Counted from the stretch's first letter, positions 16,977 to 26,985 are shown. The stretch: DNA of 45,728 nt from Clostridia bacterium (GCA_017390195.1 JAFPCR010000015.1:1-45728), one strand, 5' to 3'. Translations and numbers: made by a program. Notes: generated from the letters alone by a model not told the origin.

Positions 16977-18653
16977 TCAATAGTTTTTTCTTTCGCAGAG
17001 CAGCTCTGCGGCGGTCTCTCTCTGCTTGTCGGTTATATTGATGCCGCCAAGTATACGTGCGATCTCCTCGATCCGCTCACTTTGGTCAAGATAGCGTACA
17101 GATGTCTCTGACCGACCTTCGTTTTCCTCTTTGACGATATTATAATGGTTATCGGCAAGCGATGCGATCTGCGGAGAGTGGGTTATACACACCGTTTGAA
17201 CTTCCTTTGATATTTGTCGTAGCTTTATTCCGACTTTCTGCGAAGTTTTTCCGGAAATCCCCGTATCTACCTCGTCGAATATTACCGTATCTACACCGTC
17301 ACGGTTGTTAAGAACGCTTTTGAGAGACAGCATTATACGTGAAAGCTCTCCGCCAGAGGCTATCTTTATCATGGGAAGAAGCGGTTCTCCGGGATTTGTT
17401 GCGATCAAAAACTCCACATCGTCCGCTCCGTCTGCACCAAAATCCTCGCATGACTTGACGGAAACGTCGAATCTTACCTTCGGCATATCGAGAAAAACAA
17501 GCGACTGAGCAACAGACTCGCTTATTTGCCGTGCGGCAGTCTTTCTTTTTTCGGTAAGAACCTCAGCAAGTCCCTTTATATTCAAAAGCTCTGTTTCTAT
17601 CTTTTCATCAAGCTCTTCCTTGACGCTCTCACTGTTTACGATCTCATCAAGACGTGTTTTTGCCTGACTGCAAAATTCAAGAATGTCGGCAACAGTTGCA
17701 CCGTATTTGCGTTGAAGCTTGGATATAATATCGAGTCTTGTCTCTATCTCGTCAAGCCTTGCGGTCGGATCGTCACAATCGCTGTCGATCGCATCTAAGA
17801 CAGTTTCGGCAATATCCTCTATGTCATATCTCATTGCCGTCAGCTTTTCGGACATTTCGGGAAGCCCGTCGGTAACATCTGATATCTGCTGTAACGCCAA
17901 AACTGCTCTGTCGATAAGGCTTGTTACCGAGATACCGCTGTCGTTTCCGTGCAGAACCTTATACGCAAAATTGCCCTGTTTTGTTATTCTTTCGAGATTC
18001 TGGATCTTTACCCTCTCTGCAAGAAGCCTTTCTTCCTCACCGTCAACTAGCTTTGCGGAATCTATATCCTTTATTTGATATTCGAGCATCTCTTGCATTC
18101 GCAATCTCTCGGATTCGTTATGTTCAAGCTGCCTTTTTTTGCTCTTTAATTCCTGCAAGACTGCAAAAGCGTTTTTGTATACTTCAAGATCATCACCGTT
18201 GTCTGCAAAGGCATCAAGCAATTCAATATGCGATTCCTTTTGCATAAGCCTTTGATTGTCGCTCTGACCGTGAATGTTTATCAAAAGCCTGCCGACCTCA
18301 CGCAAAATCGACTGTGTAACTGTTCTCCCGTTCAGCTTGGCGGTTGACTTACCGTCTGACGTGATAGATCTCTGTACAAACACCGTACCGTCGGTACATT
18401 CAAATCCCAAATCCTCTATTTCTGTTTTGGAGCGATCGGAAACATCTTCAAAAACGGCAGATACCAATGCGTGATCTTCTCCGTTGCGGATCAGACTTCT
18501 TGAGGTCTTGTTTCCCATAAGCATATTGATACTGTCTATTATGATGGATTTACCCGCACCCGTCTCTCCGGTGAGAACGGTAAATCCGTTTTCAAAATCA
18601 ATATCCGCACATTTGATAACGGCAACATTTTCAATATGCAATGATCTCAGCAT
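16977..18653 (-). CDS. recN: DNA repair protein RecN
   Basis: 558-aa SMC-like protein with Walker A GETGAGKS, a long coiled-coil centre and a C-terminal ABC signature/Walker B (SGGELSRIML, VIFDEVD). Confidence 0.9.
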   Translation of the reverse strand: MLRSLHIENVAVIKCADIDFENGFTVLTGETGAGKSIIIDSINMLMGNKTSRSLIRNGEDHALVSAVFEDVSDRSKTEIEDLGFECTDGTVFVQRSITSDGKSTAKLNGRTVTQSILREVGRLLINIHGQSDNQRLMQKESHIELLDAFADNGDDLEVYKNAFAVLQELKSKKRQLEHNESERLRMQEMLEYQIKDIDSAKLVDGEEERLLAERVKIQNLERITKQGNFAYKVLHGNDSGISVTSLIDRAVLALQQISDVTDGLPEMSEKLTAMRYDIEDIAETVLDAIDSDCDDPTARLDEIETRLDIISKLQRKYGATVADILEFCSQAKTRLDEIVNSESVKEELDEKIETELLNIKGLAEVLTEKRKTAARQISESVAQSLVFLDMPKVRFDVSVKSCEDFGADGADDVEFLIATNPGEPLLPMIKIASGGELSRIMLSLKSVLNNRDGVDTVIFDEVDTGISGKTSQKVGIKLRQISKEVQTVCITHSPQIASLADNHYNIVKEENEGRSETSVRYLDQSERIEEIARILGGINITDKQRETAAELLCERKNY

Positions 18654-18692
18654 TTCAGTATCTCCAAAACATTTTTTGTTTAATATCTTGCA

Positions 18693-19148
18693 TCAGATGC
18701 TCTTTATGATGTCCTTCATCTTCAGGCTTATTTCTTTTGCACTTTCCTCGTCCGATGCTACTGCGATGATAGTGTCATCACCTGCTACACAACCGAGTAT
18801 CTGCGGCATATTAAGTGCGTCTATGCTTACTGCAACTGCCTGTGAATGTCCCGGATATGTTTTGAGAACGACAATGTTCTGTGCATAGTTTACACCGATT
18901 ATCGACTCTGCGATGGCATTATTGAATTTTATGCCTATAGGATTGTCGTATCTGACGGGGAGGATATATCTGTACGTTCCACGTCCTGTCATGACCTTTG
19001 AGAGCTTCAACTCTCTTATGTCACGGGATATCGTTGCCTGTGTGACTCTGAACCCCGAAAGGTTTAATTTTTCTATAAGCTCGTCCTGAGTCTCGATCTC
19101 GTATCTTGCAATAAGATCAAGGATCTTTTCGTGTCTGTTGTTTTTCAT
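18693..19148 (-). CDS. argR: Arginine repressor ArgR/AhrC
   Basis: 151 aa with a winged-helix N-terminus (TQATISRDIRELKL) and a C-terminal oligomerisation/arginine-binding motif (GCVAGDDTIIAV). Confidence 0.9.
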   Translation of the reverse strand: MKNNRHEKILDLIARYEIETQDELIEKLNLSGFRVTQATISRDIRELKLSKVMTGRGTYRYILPVRYDNPIGIKFNNAIAESIIGVNYAQNIVVLKTYPGHSQAVAVSIDALNMPQILGCVAGDDTIIAVASDEESAKEISLKMKDIIKSI

Positions 19149-19159
19149 CTGAACCGCCT

Positions 19160-20038
19160 TTAATTTGTATATTCGTTCATCTTTTTACGCAGTCTGGTAT
19201 AAAAACCGCTGTCTGTCAAACGCACAAGTCTTGTTTTCAAATTTGATTTGGTTATTCTGACCGTATCGCCTATGTATACCTCATAATTGTTTCTTCCGTC
19301 AAGAGTCAGATACAGCAGCTTTTCACGCACACATGTATTTTTGACCTCAAGCACTGCGTTATCAGAGAAGATGATCGGACGTGCCACAAATGAATGAGGA
19401 CAGATCGGTGTTACGCACAGGCAGTTGACTCTCGGGTCTGTTATAGGCCCTCCTGCCGACATTGAATATGCCGTTGAACCTGTCGGTGTTGAAACTATAA
19501 GCCCGTCAGCACGGTAATTGGAGATCAAAACTCCTCCCTCGGAAAGCTCAAGGTCAATTATACGTGCGACAGAGCCATTTGAAATTACGGCATCATTTAA
19601 AGCAAAGGCACTTACGGTCTTTTTGCTTTTTGACGAAATGATCTCTACCGAAAGCATAGATCTTTCCTCTACCTTATAATCACCCTCAAAGAGCTTTGAG
19701 AGCATATCAAGCTCATAAAGCTCGAGCTCTGCCATATATCCAACTCTGCCGAGATTTATTCCGAGTATCTTTAACTGCTTTTCAGCGGCACGTCTCGCCG
19801 CTTCAAGAATAGTTCCGTCTCCGCCCAGTACGATTATTACGTCCGATTCTGAATATATCTTTTCGGTCGGAACATATTCGATCATACCGTCATCACACTT
19901 TGTACGTTCTATTCTTGATCTGTTGAACGATGCCACCCGGATATGACAGTCATATTGCAGCAGCTTGTTTATAACCGACATTGCGGCAGTAACTTTGTCG
20001 GGTATATTAAAATTTGTTACGATTGAAACATTCATCAT
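19160..20038 (-). CDS. nadK: NAD(+) kinase
   Basis: GGDGT motif (VLGGDGTILEAARR), an NDAVI-type segment and STPTGSTAYSMSAGGP. Confidence 0.9.
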   Translation of the reverse strand: MMNVSIVTNFNIPDKVTAAMSVINKLLQYDCHIRVASFNRSRIERTKCDDGMIEYVPTEKIYSESDVIIVLGGDGTILEAARRAAEKQLKILGINLGRVGYMAELELYELDMLSKLFEGDYKVEERSMLSVEIISSKSKKTVSAFALNDAVISNGSVARIIDLELSEGGVLISNYRADGLIVSTPTGSTAYSMSAGGPITDPRVNCLCVTPICPHSFVARPIIFSDNAVLEVKNTCVREKLLYLTLDGRNNYEVYIGDTVRITKSNLKTRLVRLTDSGFYTRLRKKMNEYTN

Positions 20039-20118
20039 TTCTCTTAATTTCTCCCTTAAAGTCTGTTAAAAAACACTTTCGACGGGCATACCTTTCTGAT
20101 GATTTCACGTCAATGGTT

Positions 20119-20940
20119 TTATACGTTTTTTGTCATTTTAAAAAATTCGGAGACCGAAGTGTTTATATTTTCTTGAGTCTGACCACCATCGACGCACTGC
20201 TTTGAACGAACAAAATATGCAAGGTACTCAATGTTTCCGTCTCCGCCCTCGATAGGAGATCTCATCAGTCCCATCAGTTCAAATCCGCACTCGGTGGCAC
20301 ACAAGACCACCTTTTCTACCGCTCTTTTTCTGTCCGAAATCAAACGCACGATCCCGCCCTTATCAAGAGCCGCCGCACCTGCTTCAAACTGCGGTTTTAT
20401 AAGGCTTATGAAAATTCCGCCGTCTTTTAATACCGAGTATACGTTTGGGATTATGTATGTTTGAGATATGAATGATACGTCCATAACTGCAACGTCAGCA
20501 CACATATGCTGTGATATGTCCTCGGGCTTTAAATTTCTTGCATTGAACTTTTCACGTGAAAGCACACACGGGTTTGATGCAATTTCCTTGACAAGCTGAT
20601 CCTTGCCCGAATCAAAAGCATACACAAACCTTGCTCCGTGCTGAAGAAGACAGTCCGTAAAGCCTCCCGTAGATGCACCTATATCAACGCAAACACTTCC
20701 GCTTACATCTATTTTGAAGTTTTCGATAGCCCCTTCGAGCTTCAGCCCGCCACGGCTTACATATTTTTCAAAGCTCATCAATTCGACCTTGTGGGATATC
20801 CCTTCCCCTGTCGGCACTTCCCACGACGGCTTCTTTATGACAACTCCGTCAAGCACGACATTTCCCGATTCGATAAGCTCTTTTGCTCGGCTTCGACTTC
20901 GTGTATATCCGTTGTCGGTCAAAAAAACATCAAGTCTCAT
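20119..20940 (-). CDS. tlyA: TlyA-family rRNA 2'-O-methyltransferase (S4 plus FtsJ domains)
   Basis: MRLDVFLTDNGYTRSRSRAKELIESGNV is the S4 domain. The SAM motif is VDIGASTGGFTD. Confidence 0.85.
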   Translation of the reverse strand: MRLDVFLTDNGYTRSRSRAKELIESGNVVLDGVVIKKPSWEVPTGEGISHKVELMSFEKYVSRGGLKLEGAIENFKIDVSGSVCVDIGASTGGFTDCLLQHGARFVYAFDSGKDQLVKEIASNPCVLSREKFNARNLKPEDISQHMCADVAVMDVSFISQTYIIPNVYSVLKDGGIFISLIKPQFEAGAAALDKGGIVRLISDRKRAVEKVVLCATECGFELMGLMRSPIEGGDGNIEYLAYFVRSKQCVDGGQTQENINTSVSEFFKMTKNV

Positions 20941-21416
20941 ACTAACGGAACGATTCCCACGCTATCGGTGATTATATAGACCATGACCGCAACCATGATG
21001 CCGACAGCCATACCTATTATGACCTGCAAGGGAGAGTGTCCTATCTTTTCCTGTAGCTTTATATCAACATCGGAGTTTATCTCATCTGCCAAGGTGTTGA
21101 GAAGCTCTGCCTGCTTTCCTGCCTCACGTCTGACTCCTGAAGCGTCACGCATAACGACAAGGGCAAGGATTATGGAGATAGCAAATGCCGCCGAATCCAT
21201 TCCGTAATATATTGCGGCGGATGCGGCAAGGGCAGAAACGCATGCCGAGTGAGAGCTCGGCATTCCTCCGCTTTCAAATATCAAAGAGACGAAATTTATC
21301 TTTTTCTTTCCGCATGAGATCATTCCGGTAAATATCTTACAGATCTGGGCAACGAGCCATGCCGCTCCTGCCGAGATAAGCATATAGTTACTAAACAGTT
21401 TCAAAAAAAACTCCAT
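20937..21416 (-). CDS. Divergent PAP2-family (DUF212) membrane protein
   Basis: 159-aa polytopic protein with GGMPSSHSA and RDASGVRREAG motifs. Its stop overlaps the tlyA start by 4 nt. Confidence 0.75.
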   Translation of the reverse strand: MEFFLKLFSNYMLISAGAAWLVAQICKIFTGMISCGKKKINFVSLIFESGGMPSSHSACVSALAASAAIYYGMDSAAFAISIILALVVMRDASGVRREAGKQAELLNTLADEINSDVDIKLQEKIGHSPLQVIIGMAVGIMVAVMVYIITDSVGIVPLV

Positions 21417-21467
21417 AAAATCTTCCTTTCACTAAAAAATCATACCAAGTCTTTATCAGATCAACGA

Positions 21468-22370
21468 TCAATAAAGACGTTTTGACAGATATTCTGCCAA
21501 CTCTGTCAAAATTTCGGATCCCTTGTATGAGGCAATATGCTCTATCGCACTTTTCGTAAGAGCTTTGACGGTTTCTTTTGCCTCTTCAACACTGTAATAT
21601 GTCATAAACGTTGTCTTGGTTTCGGGATCGGTCCGATTTTCAAAATCCAAAATATCATCGGTGATCTGGAACGCCAGACCAATATTTCGTGCGTACGCAC
21701 ATATATTTGTCATTCTTTCGTCGCCTTCGTTAACACCTGCGGCTATACAACCGAGCTTGGCGGATGCTTCGATCAGCTTACCTGTTTTCAAGGATACCAT
21801 CTTTGTAAGCTTTTCAAGGGAAAGACGTTCTGTATCGCCCCTCAAGTCCATCACCTGTCCGCCTACCATGCCAAATGTCCCTGCCGCTTCTGCTAAAGCA
21901 CGTACCGCACGTATCTTGTCGGTATCTGATATTATATCGCCTTTTGAAATGACCTCAAAGGCATATGTCAGCAAGGCATCTCCCGCCAAGACCGCTCCCG
22001 ATTCTCCGAATATCTTGTGGCACGTGGGATTTCCCCGCCTGAAGTCATCGTCATCCATACACGGAAGATCGTCGTGTATAAGAGAATAGGTATGCACCAT
22101 TTCAATTGCACTGCCCAATTGCAGAGCCGCCTCGTCTCTGCCTCCAAACAGACGGCAGACCTCCAGGGTGAGCATTGGCCGTATCCTTTTTCCACCGCTC
22201 GAGATGCTGTAGATCTGGGCATCTGTTAAAGACTTCATATCATCATCTTGCAAAGCAAAATATCCTTTGACGGCAGAGTCTATCAAATTAACGTTTTCGT
22301 TTATACGCTCTTTTATCATAATTCTTAGCTGTAACTGTTCCTTGTCGTATTTATCCCGATAGTTAGTCAT
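21468..22370 (-). CDS. ispA: Polyprenyl (farnesyl/geranylgeranyl) diphosphate synthase
   Basis: First Asp-rich motif LIHDDLPCMDDDDFRRG and second Asp-rich motif QITDDILD. Confidence 0.85.
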   Translation of the reverse strand: MTNYRDKYDKEQLQLRIMIKERINENVNLIDSAVKGYFALQDDDMKSLTDAQIYSISSGGKRIRPMLTLEVCRLFGGRDEAALQLGSAIEMVHTYSLIHDDLPCMDDDDFRRGNPTCHKIFGESGAVLAGDALLTYAFEVISKGDIISDTDKIRAVRALAEAAGTFGMVGGQVMDLRGDTERLSLEKLTKMVSLKTGKLIEASAKLGCIAAGVNEGDERMTNICAYARNIGLAFQITDDILDFENRTDPETKTTFMTYYSVEEAKETVKALTKSAIEHIASYKGSEILTELAEYLSKRLY

Positions 22371-22608
22371 TGCCTTTAAAATCCGTTTCGGTCACCGTTC
22401 CGTCGGGATTCTTCGACAGCATCTTTATTTTTAACTCTGCATTGTCGAGCTTTGAGTTACATATTCTCAAAAGAGATACACCCTCCTCGTAAACAGAGAG
22501 AAGATCGTCGAGCGGAGCCTTTCCGTCTTCAAGCAATTTTACTATTTCGTCGAGTCGGGCGATCGCCTGCTCGAATGTAACACTGTCATTTTTCTTGTTC
22601 ATAACCAT
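22363..22608 (-). CDS. xseB: Exodeoxyribonuclease VII small subunit
   Basis: About 80-aa helical protein (FEQAIARLDEIVKLLEDG). It overlaps the ispA start by 8 nt. The start may be Met3 at 22602. Confidence 0.85.
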   Translation of the reverse strand: MVMNKKNDSVTFEQAIARLDEIVKLLEDGKAPLDDLLSVYEEGVSLLRICNSKLDNAELKIKMLSKNPDGTVTETDFKGND

Positions 22609-22637
22609 ATCACCTCAAATATCTGCGATTTCTGTCT

Positions 22638-23834
22638 TTACCTTATCTGTGCCTCAAGCGAACCGTCAGAGAATCTTATCTCGACCGTATCCGATGATCT
22701 CACTGAGTTTACGGACGAAACACCTTTTCCGTCGTGTGTTACATATGCAAATCCACGTGTAAGCACCGACAGCGGATTAAGTGCCTCCATACCCGAGGCA
22801 AGAAGAGAAAATTTCTCTCGCTTTTGCCGTAATATACGGTCTGCGGCAGAGCAAACACAGTTCTCGGTATCGGACAGCCTCATTCGGTACTCGTCAAGCA
22901 TTCTGAGCGGAGATGTCAGAGCAGACGAGCTTGAGATGATCTTAAGCCTTTGTGCAAGAGATTCGATATCTCTTTTTATATACAGCTTAAGCTTGTCACC
23001 CAGATCGTCAAGCTTGCGTTTTGTTTCATTTGAATCGGAAACAGCCAATTCGGCAGCTCCCGACGGGGTGGGTGCACGCATATCGGCAACGAAATCACAT
23101 ATAGTGAAATCGACTTCATGTCCGACTGCTGAAATAACAGGCAATCGGCACATAGCGATCGTTCGTGCAAGAGCTTCGTCGTTAAACGCCCACAGATCCT
23201 CAGCAGAGCCTCCTCCACGTCCGACTATGATCAGATCCACGCTTTGTGTCTCGTCAAAGTATCTGACTCCCCCTGCAATCTGTGCGGCTGCCCCGTCTCC
23301 CTGAACCTGAACGGGATAAAGAACTATCTCGGTCGACGGAGATCTGCGTCCGATAATATTTATCATATCATGTATAGCCGCACCTGTCGGAGAGGTCACT
23401 ATCCCTATCCTTGACGGATCTTTTGGCAGTTGCTTCTTTCTACTCTCGTCAAACAGTCCCTCTGCATACAGCTTACGCTTGAGCTGTTCAAATGCCATAT
23501 ATAACATACCCACACCGTCAGGCTGTAGCATATCGGCACAAAGCTGATAAACTCCACCCTTGACGTATTCGGTGATCCGTCCGCCGACTATAACCTTCAT
23601 GCCGTTTTCAGGAACGAACGTAAGGCTTTCCGCACTGCTGCGATACATTACAGCCCTCAACTGACTGTTTTCGTCCTTGAGCGTAAAGTACAGATGTCCC
23701 GAACTGTGATTGACGAAGTTGGATATTTCACCTTTGACCAAAACGCTCTTGAACATCGGATTTCCGTCAAAGAGCATTTTGACAAATTCGTTTATCTGGG
23801 TCACTGTGAGAATATTGGCTCTGTTATTTGTCAT
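22638..23834 (-). CDS. xseA: Exodeoxyribonuclease VII large subunit
   Basis: N-terminal OB fold (VKGEISNFVNHSSGHLYFTLKD) and a catalytic core (GRGGGSAEDLWAFNDE). Confidence 0.9.
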   Translation of the reverse strand: MTNNRANILTVTQINEFVKMLFDGNPMFKSVLVKGEISNFVNHSSGHLYFTLKDENSQLRAVMYRSSAESLTFVPENGMKVIVGGRITEYVKGGVYQLCADMLQPDGVGMLYMAFEQLKRKLYAEGLFDESRKKQLPKDPSRIGIVTSPTGAAIHDMINIIGRRSPSTEIVLYPVQVQGDGAAAQIAGGVRYFDETQSVDLIIVGRGGGSAEDLWAFNDEALARTIAMCRLPVISAVGHEVDFTICDFVADMRAPTPSGAAELAVSDSNETKRKLDDLGDKLKLYIKRDIESLAQRLKIISSSSALTSPLRMLDEYRMRLSDTENCVCSAADRILRQKREKFSLLASGMEALNPLSVLTRGFAYVTHDGKGVSSVNSVRSSDTVEIRFSDGSLEAQIR

Positions 23835-24795
23835 TTAAAAATTCCCTCCTGCACAGCAATGCCACTCCTGCGGCATTATCCGAAGAAAATTCGGGGCGTG
23901 CAAAGTAAGTATTATTTCTTTTGGACAAAACATCTTTTATCTTGGAATTGCTCATGACTCCGCCCGAATACACAATCGGTATATCGGGGTATTCAATGCG
24001 AAGATTTTCACTGAGCTTATCAAGCGTATTTGCAACAAATGAGAATGTGTAGTCACACACAAGTCCGATGTTATCGGTATTGGCATACAGTTTAAGAGCA
24101 AGATTTTCAAGTCCCGACATATTGCAATGAAGTGATTTCACGCAAATTCTCGGTTTCGGAATGCTTGCGTGAACCTCGGTAAAGCAAAGATCCTCCATCT
24201 GTTTTCCGCAAGGAAAGTCAAGTCCCATAGCGACCCCGATCCTGTCTATTGCCTGCCCTGCCGTGAGGTCGTCTGTGCCTCCTATCAGCTCAACGCAAAA
24301 TCCGTTGCCTGACGGTGTAACATCGAGTATCTCCATCGTGCCACCCGACACATGGAAAGCGGCAAAACGACTGTTTATAAGTTCTTCTGTCGCACCGCTC
24401 GAATAAAGAGCCGCCATGATATGCCCGTTTTGGTGCGAAAAACGCATAAGAGGCACTCCAAGCACCGCCGCTATCGAGGATGCGACTGCTACTCCCGTAA
24501 GGAAGCACGGCATATAAGACCCCTCTGCGTCTCTCGGATATGCCGAACAGCCGACCGCTATAGGTGTATATCCGCAAATAGCTTCCCTAAGCTTGTCCGA
24601 AAGCTGCGGAATATTTTTTATATGGGCAAACACCGCATCGCTTTGACGCAGTCCTCTTTCACCGTTCTCAACGAAAAGAAGCTTTTTGATATTGGCAATG
24701 ATGTTGCCGTTCATGTCGCATATTGCGACAGACGTGGTGTAATTGCTCGTATCAATTCCGATAAAACATTTTTTATTCATTTTCAGATACGGCAT
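23824..24795 (-). CDS. Kae1/TsaD-like ASKHA-fold protein (divergent paralogue; function unassigned)
   Basis: Colinear with TsaD motifs: GIDTSNYTTSVAI (GIETSCDET), SHQNGHIMAA (HHxxGH), HVSGGTMEIL (VSGGHTEL), DDLTAGQAIDRIGVAMGL (DDAAGEAYDKVAR), SGGVMSN (GGVAAN) and SSDNAAGVA (CTDNAAMIA). Its ends overlap both nusB and xseA. An alternative start is Met6 at 24780. Confidence 0.65.
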   Translation of the reverse strand: MPYLKMNKKCFIGIDTSNYTTSVAICDMNGNIIANIKKLLFVENGERGLRQSDAVFAHIKNIPQLSDKLREAICGYTPIAVGCSAYPRDAEGSYMPCFLTGVAVASSIAAVLGVPLMRFSHQNGHIMAALYSSGATEELINSRFAAFHVSGGTMEILDVTPSGNGFCVELIGGTDDLTAGQAIDRIGVAMGLDFPCGKQMEDLCFTEVHASIPKPRICVKSLHCNMSGLENLALKLYANTDNIGLVCDYTFSFVANTLDKLSENLRIEYPDIPIVYSGGVMSNSKIKDVLSKRNNTYFARPEFSSDNAAGVALLCRREFLNDK

Positions 24796-25219
24796 CTTCT
24801 GCCGCCTTTTCTTCTTTTTTGTTTGAAAGAGACTTATAGACCGAGTTCAAAACACCGTTGATAAACGCTCTCGCCTTTTCATCGTCATATTTCTTTGCAA
24901 GCTCGACCGCCTCGTTTATAGAAACGTTTTCGGGAATCTCCTTGACATACAGCATTTCGTATACTGCAAGTCTTATTATGCTGCGGGAGACGAAGGCAAG
25001 TCTGTTGGCACGCCATCCGTTCGAGTGTTCTCCTATGATCTTATCTATATCCTCGATATGCTCACAGATCCCAAAGTAGGTAGACTCTATGTATTTATCC
25101 TGGGCGATATCTCTGTCCTCACACGCAAGCTCGTAGATCTCACGGTAGTTTTCCCCGTTATGAAATTCGGTCTCGAAAACAAGTCCGAATACCGCTTCTC
25201 TTGCTTCTCTTCTTGTCAT
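24773..25219 (-). CDS. nusB: Transcription antitermination factor NusB
   Basis: 148 aa. MTRREAREAVFGLVFE... and the rest of the sequence fit an all-helical NusB. Confidence 0.9.
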   Translation of the reverse strand: MTRREAREAVFGLVFETEFHNGENYREIYELACEDRDIAQDKYIESTYFGICEHIEDIDKIIGEHSNGWRANRLAFVSRSIIRLAVYEMLYVKEIPENVSINEAVELAKKYDDEKARAFINGVLNSVYKSLSNKKEEKAAEDAVSENE

Positions 25220-25413
25220 AATTTATATATCCTGTCCTTTCGGTTGTCTTTCACATATGGTGGCTGTGCTTTTTGACACAATACCGCACTATATCACTGT
25301 ATATTATATATTACATACCCCGAATTGTCAATAAAAATATGAATATTATGTGATTTTTATACATTTTTCGGAATAGTATTGAAAAGACGAAAAAAAGCAG
25401 AACGGAGGTCGGA

Positions 25414-26463
25414 ATGAGAAAACAATTTGCGGTAATTTGCATGGCACTTGCCTGTATACATACAGTGATCCTGCCTTTTTGTGAATACAAGAATTCCCCG
25501 CTTGATATAACGGTAGGTGTTTCGGAAACGGAAAACAGCGAAAATGAAACAACAAATGAAAAAAAGTACATAAAATGGATAGATTTTACACCGTCGGCAC
25601 AGGCGCTTGAGGATGCCATGAAAACAGACATCAAGACCTACGGAAGTAAAAACCACATAAAATGGACAGAATTGCTTGCTCTCTATTCTTCGATATACGG
25701 CGGAAAATTTGAAAAATACAACACATCGGGCCTTAGCACTTTGGCAGAAAAAATACTCAGTGGTCAAAAGATCTCCGACTTGGTGGCAAACAAAAAATTA
25801 TTCGACTATTATCTTGAAGCATACGGTGCCGTGTTGGGCGGTATGCTCGGAGAATTTACTGAAATAACCGAAAATCCCGACGGAACTCAAAGTGCAGAGT
25901 CAAAATACGGTTTGCGTGTTTTTTCGCCTATAGCAGAGGGGTATTATTACAATGATTACGATGATTTCGGCGCGTCACGTTCATACGGATATAAACGTTC
26001 ACACCTCGGTCATGATATCCTCGGAAGCATCGGAACACCGATAATCGCAGTTGAGAGCGGATATATCGAGCATCTCGGTTGGAATCAGTACGGCGGTTGG
26101 AGGATCGGTATCCGTTCATTTGACGGCAAGCGTTATTACTATTACGCACACCTGCGTAAAGGTCACCCCTACACAGATCTGTACGAGGGGAAGATAGTTA
26201 ATGCCGGCGAGGTCATAGGCTATCTCGGAATGACGGGCTACAGTGCAAAAGAGGATGTCAACAACATAAACATACCTCATCTTCATTACGGTCTCCAAAT
26301 AATCTTCGACTCATCTCAGATCGACGGCTGGAATCAGATCTGGATCGATATGTATGAGCTTACAAAATTTCTTTCGAAAAACCGATCCAAAGTATATCGC
26401 ACTTCGGATTCAAGTGACTTTTTCAGCAAACGCTATTATGAATATCCCGAAACTCCGGATTGA
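25414..26463 (+). CDS. M23-family metallopeptidase (secreted)
   Basis: N-terminal signal/anchor. LytM-type zinc motifs HLGHDI (HxxxD) and PHLHYG (HxH). Confidence 0.85.
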   Translation: MRKQFAVICMALACIHTVILPFCEYKNSPLDITVGVSETENSENETTNEKKYIKWIDFTPSAQALEDAMKTDIKTYGSKNHIKWTELLALYSSIYGGKFEKYNTSGLSTLAEKILSGQKISDLVANKKLFDYYLEAYGAVLGGMLGEFTEITENPDGTQSAESKYGLRVFSPIAEGYYYNDYDDFGASRSYGYKRSHLGHDILGSIGTPIIAVESGYIEHLGWNQYGGWRIGIRSFDGKRYYYYAHLRKGHPYTDLYEGKIVNAGEVIGYLGMTGYSAKEDVNNINIPHLHYGLQIIFDSSQIDGWNQIWIDMYELTKFLSKNRSKVYRTSDSSDFFSKRYYEYPETPD

Positions 26464-26550
26464 AAAATTTGCATATTTGATATTTTTACTGTTGCAAAAA
26501 ATACGATTATGATGTAAAATATTATTCAGTAATCTGAAAGGGATGTTTAA

Positions 26551-26985
26551 ATGCTGAATCTTACAAAAAAAATCGCTCTGCACGCATCGGTATACTATTC
26601 GGTGTGTACAGTCGTATATACACTCATTTTTATGGCTTTAGGAGGAGAACAGCCGCACGCATACCGCTTGCTTATGCTCTCTTTGTTTGCAATATTTTTT
26701 GCATGGGCAAACTGCTTTTTCGGGCTTGAAAAATACTCGTTTTCAACAAGGGTAATAACTCACTATATTTTGACTGTGTCAGGACTTTATCTCGGTACGA
26801 TCTTGCCCACGGTGATAGGAAATCATACCTCGGCGAGAACGGCGTTTATCATGATGCTTTTGTATACGGTTGTATATTGTATCATTATGGTTCCCGTTTG
26901 CATTATTTCTTCGAGATCGAGAAAGAATAAAAGCAAAAGCACGGGTCGTGAGTATACTTCGATATACGCAAAGAAGAAAAAATAA
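26551..26985 (+). CDS. Small integral membrane protein (four predicted TM helices, basic C-terminal tail)
   Basis: 144 aa with four hydrophobic stretches and an RSRKNKSK...KKKK tail. It is possibly DUF3021-like, but I cannot confirm the family. Confidence 0.55.
   Translation: MLNLTKKIALHASVYYSVCTVVYTLIFMALGGEQPHAYRLLMLSLFAIFFAWANCFFGLEKYSFSTRVITHYILTVSGLYLGTILPTVIGNHTSARTAFIMMLLYTVVYCIIMVPVCIISSRSRKNKSKSTGREYTSIYAKKKK

Noticed and set aside
25220-25413. Possible cyclic-di-AMP (ydaO-type) riboswitch upstream of the M23 peptidase gene.
   Set aside because: No paired pseudo-symmetric helices or conserved ACGGGGA/CCCGA-type cores are recognisable. The region is AT-rich promoter-like DNA shared with the divergent nusB gene.
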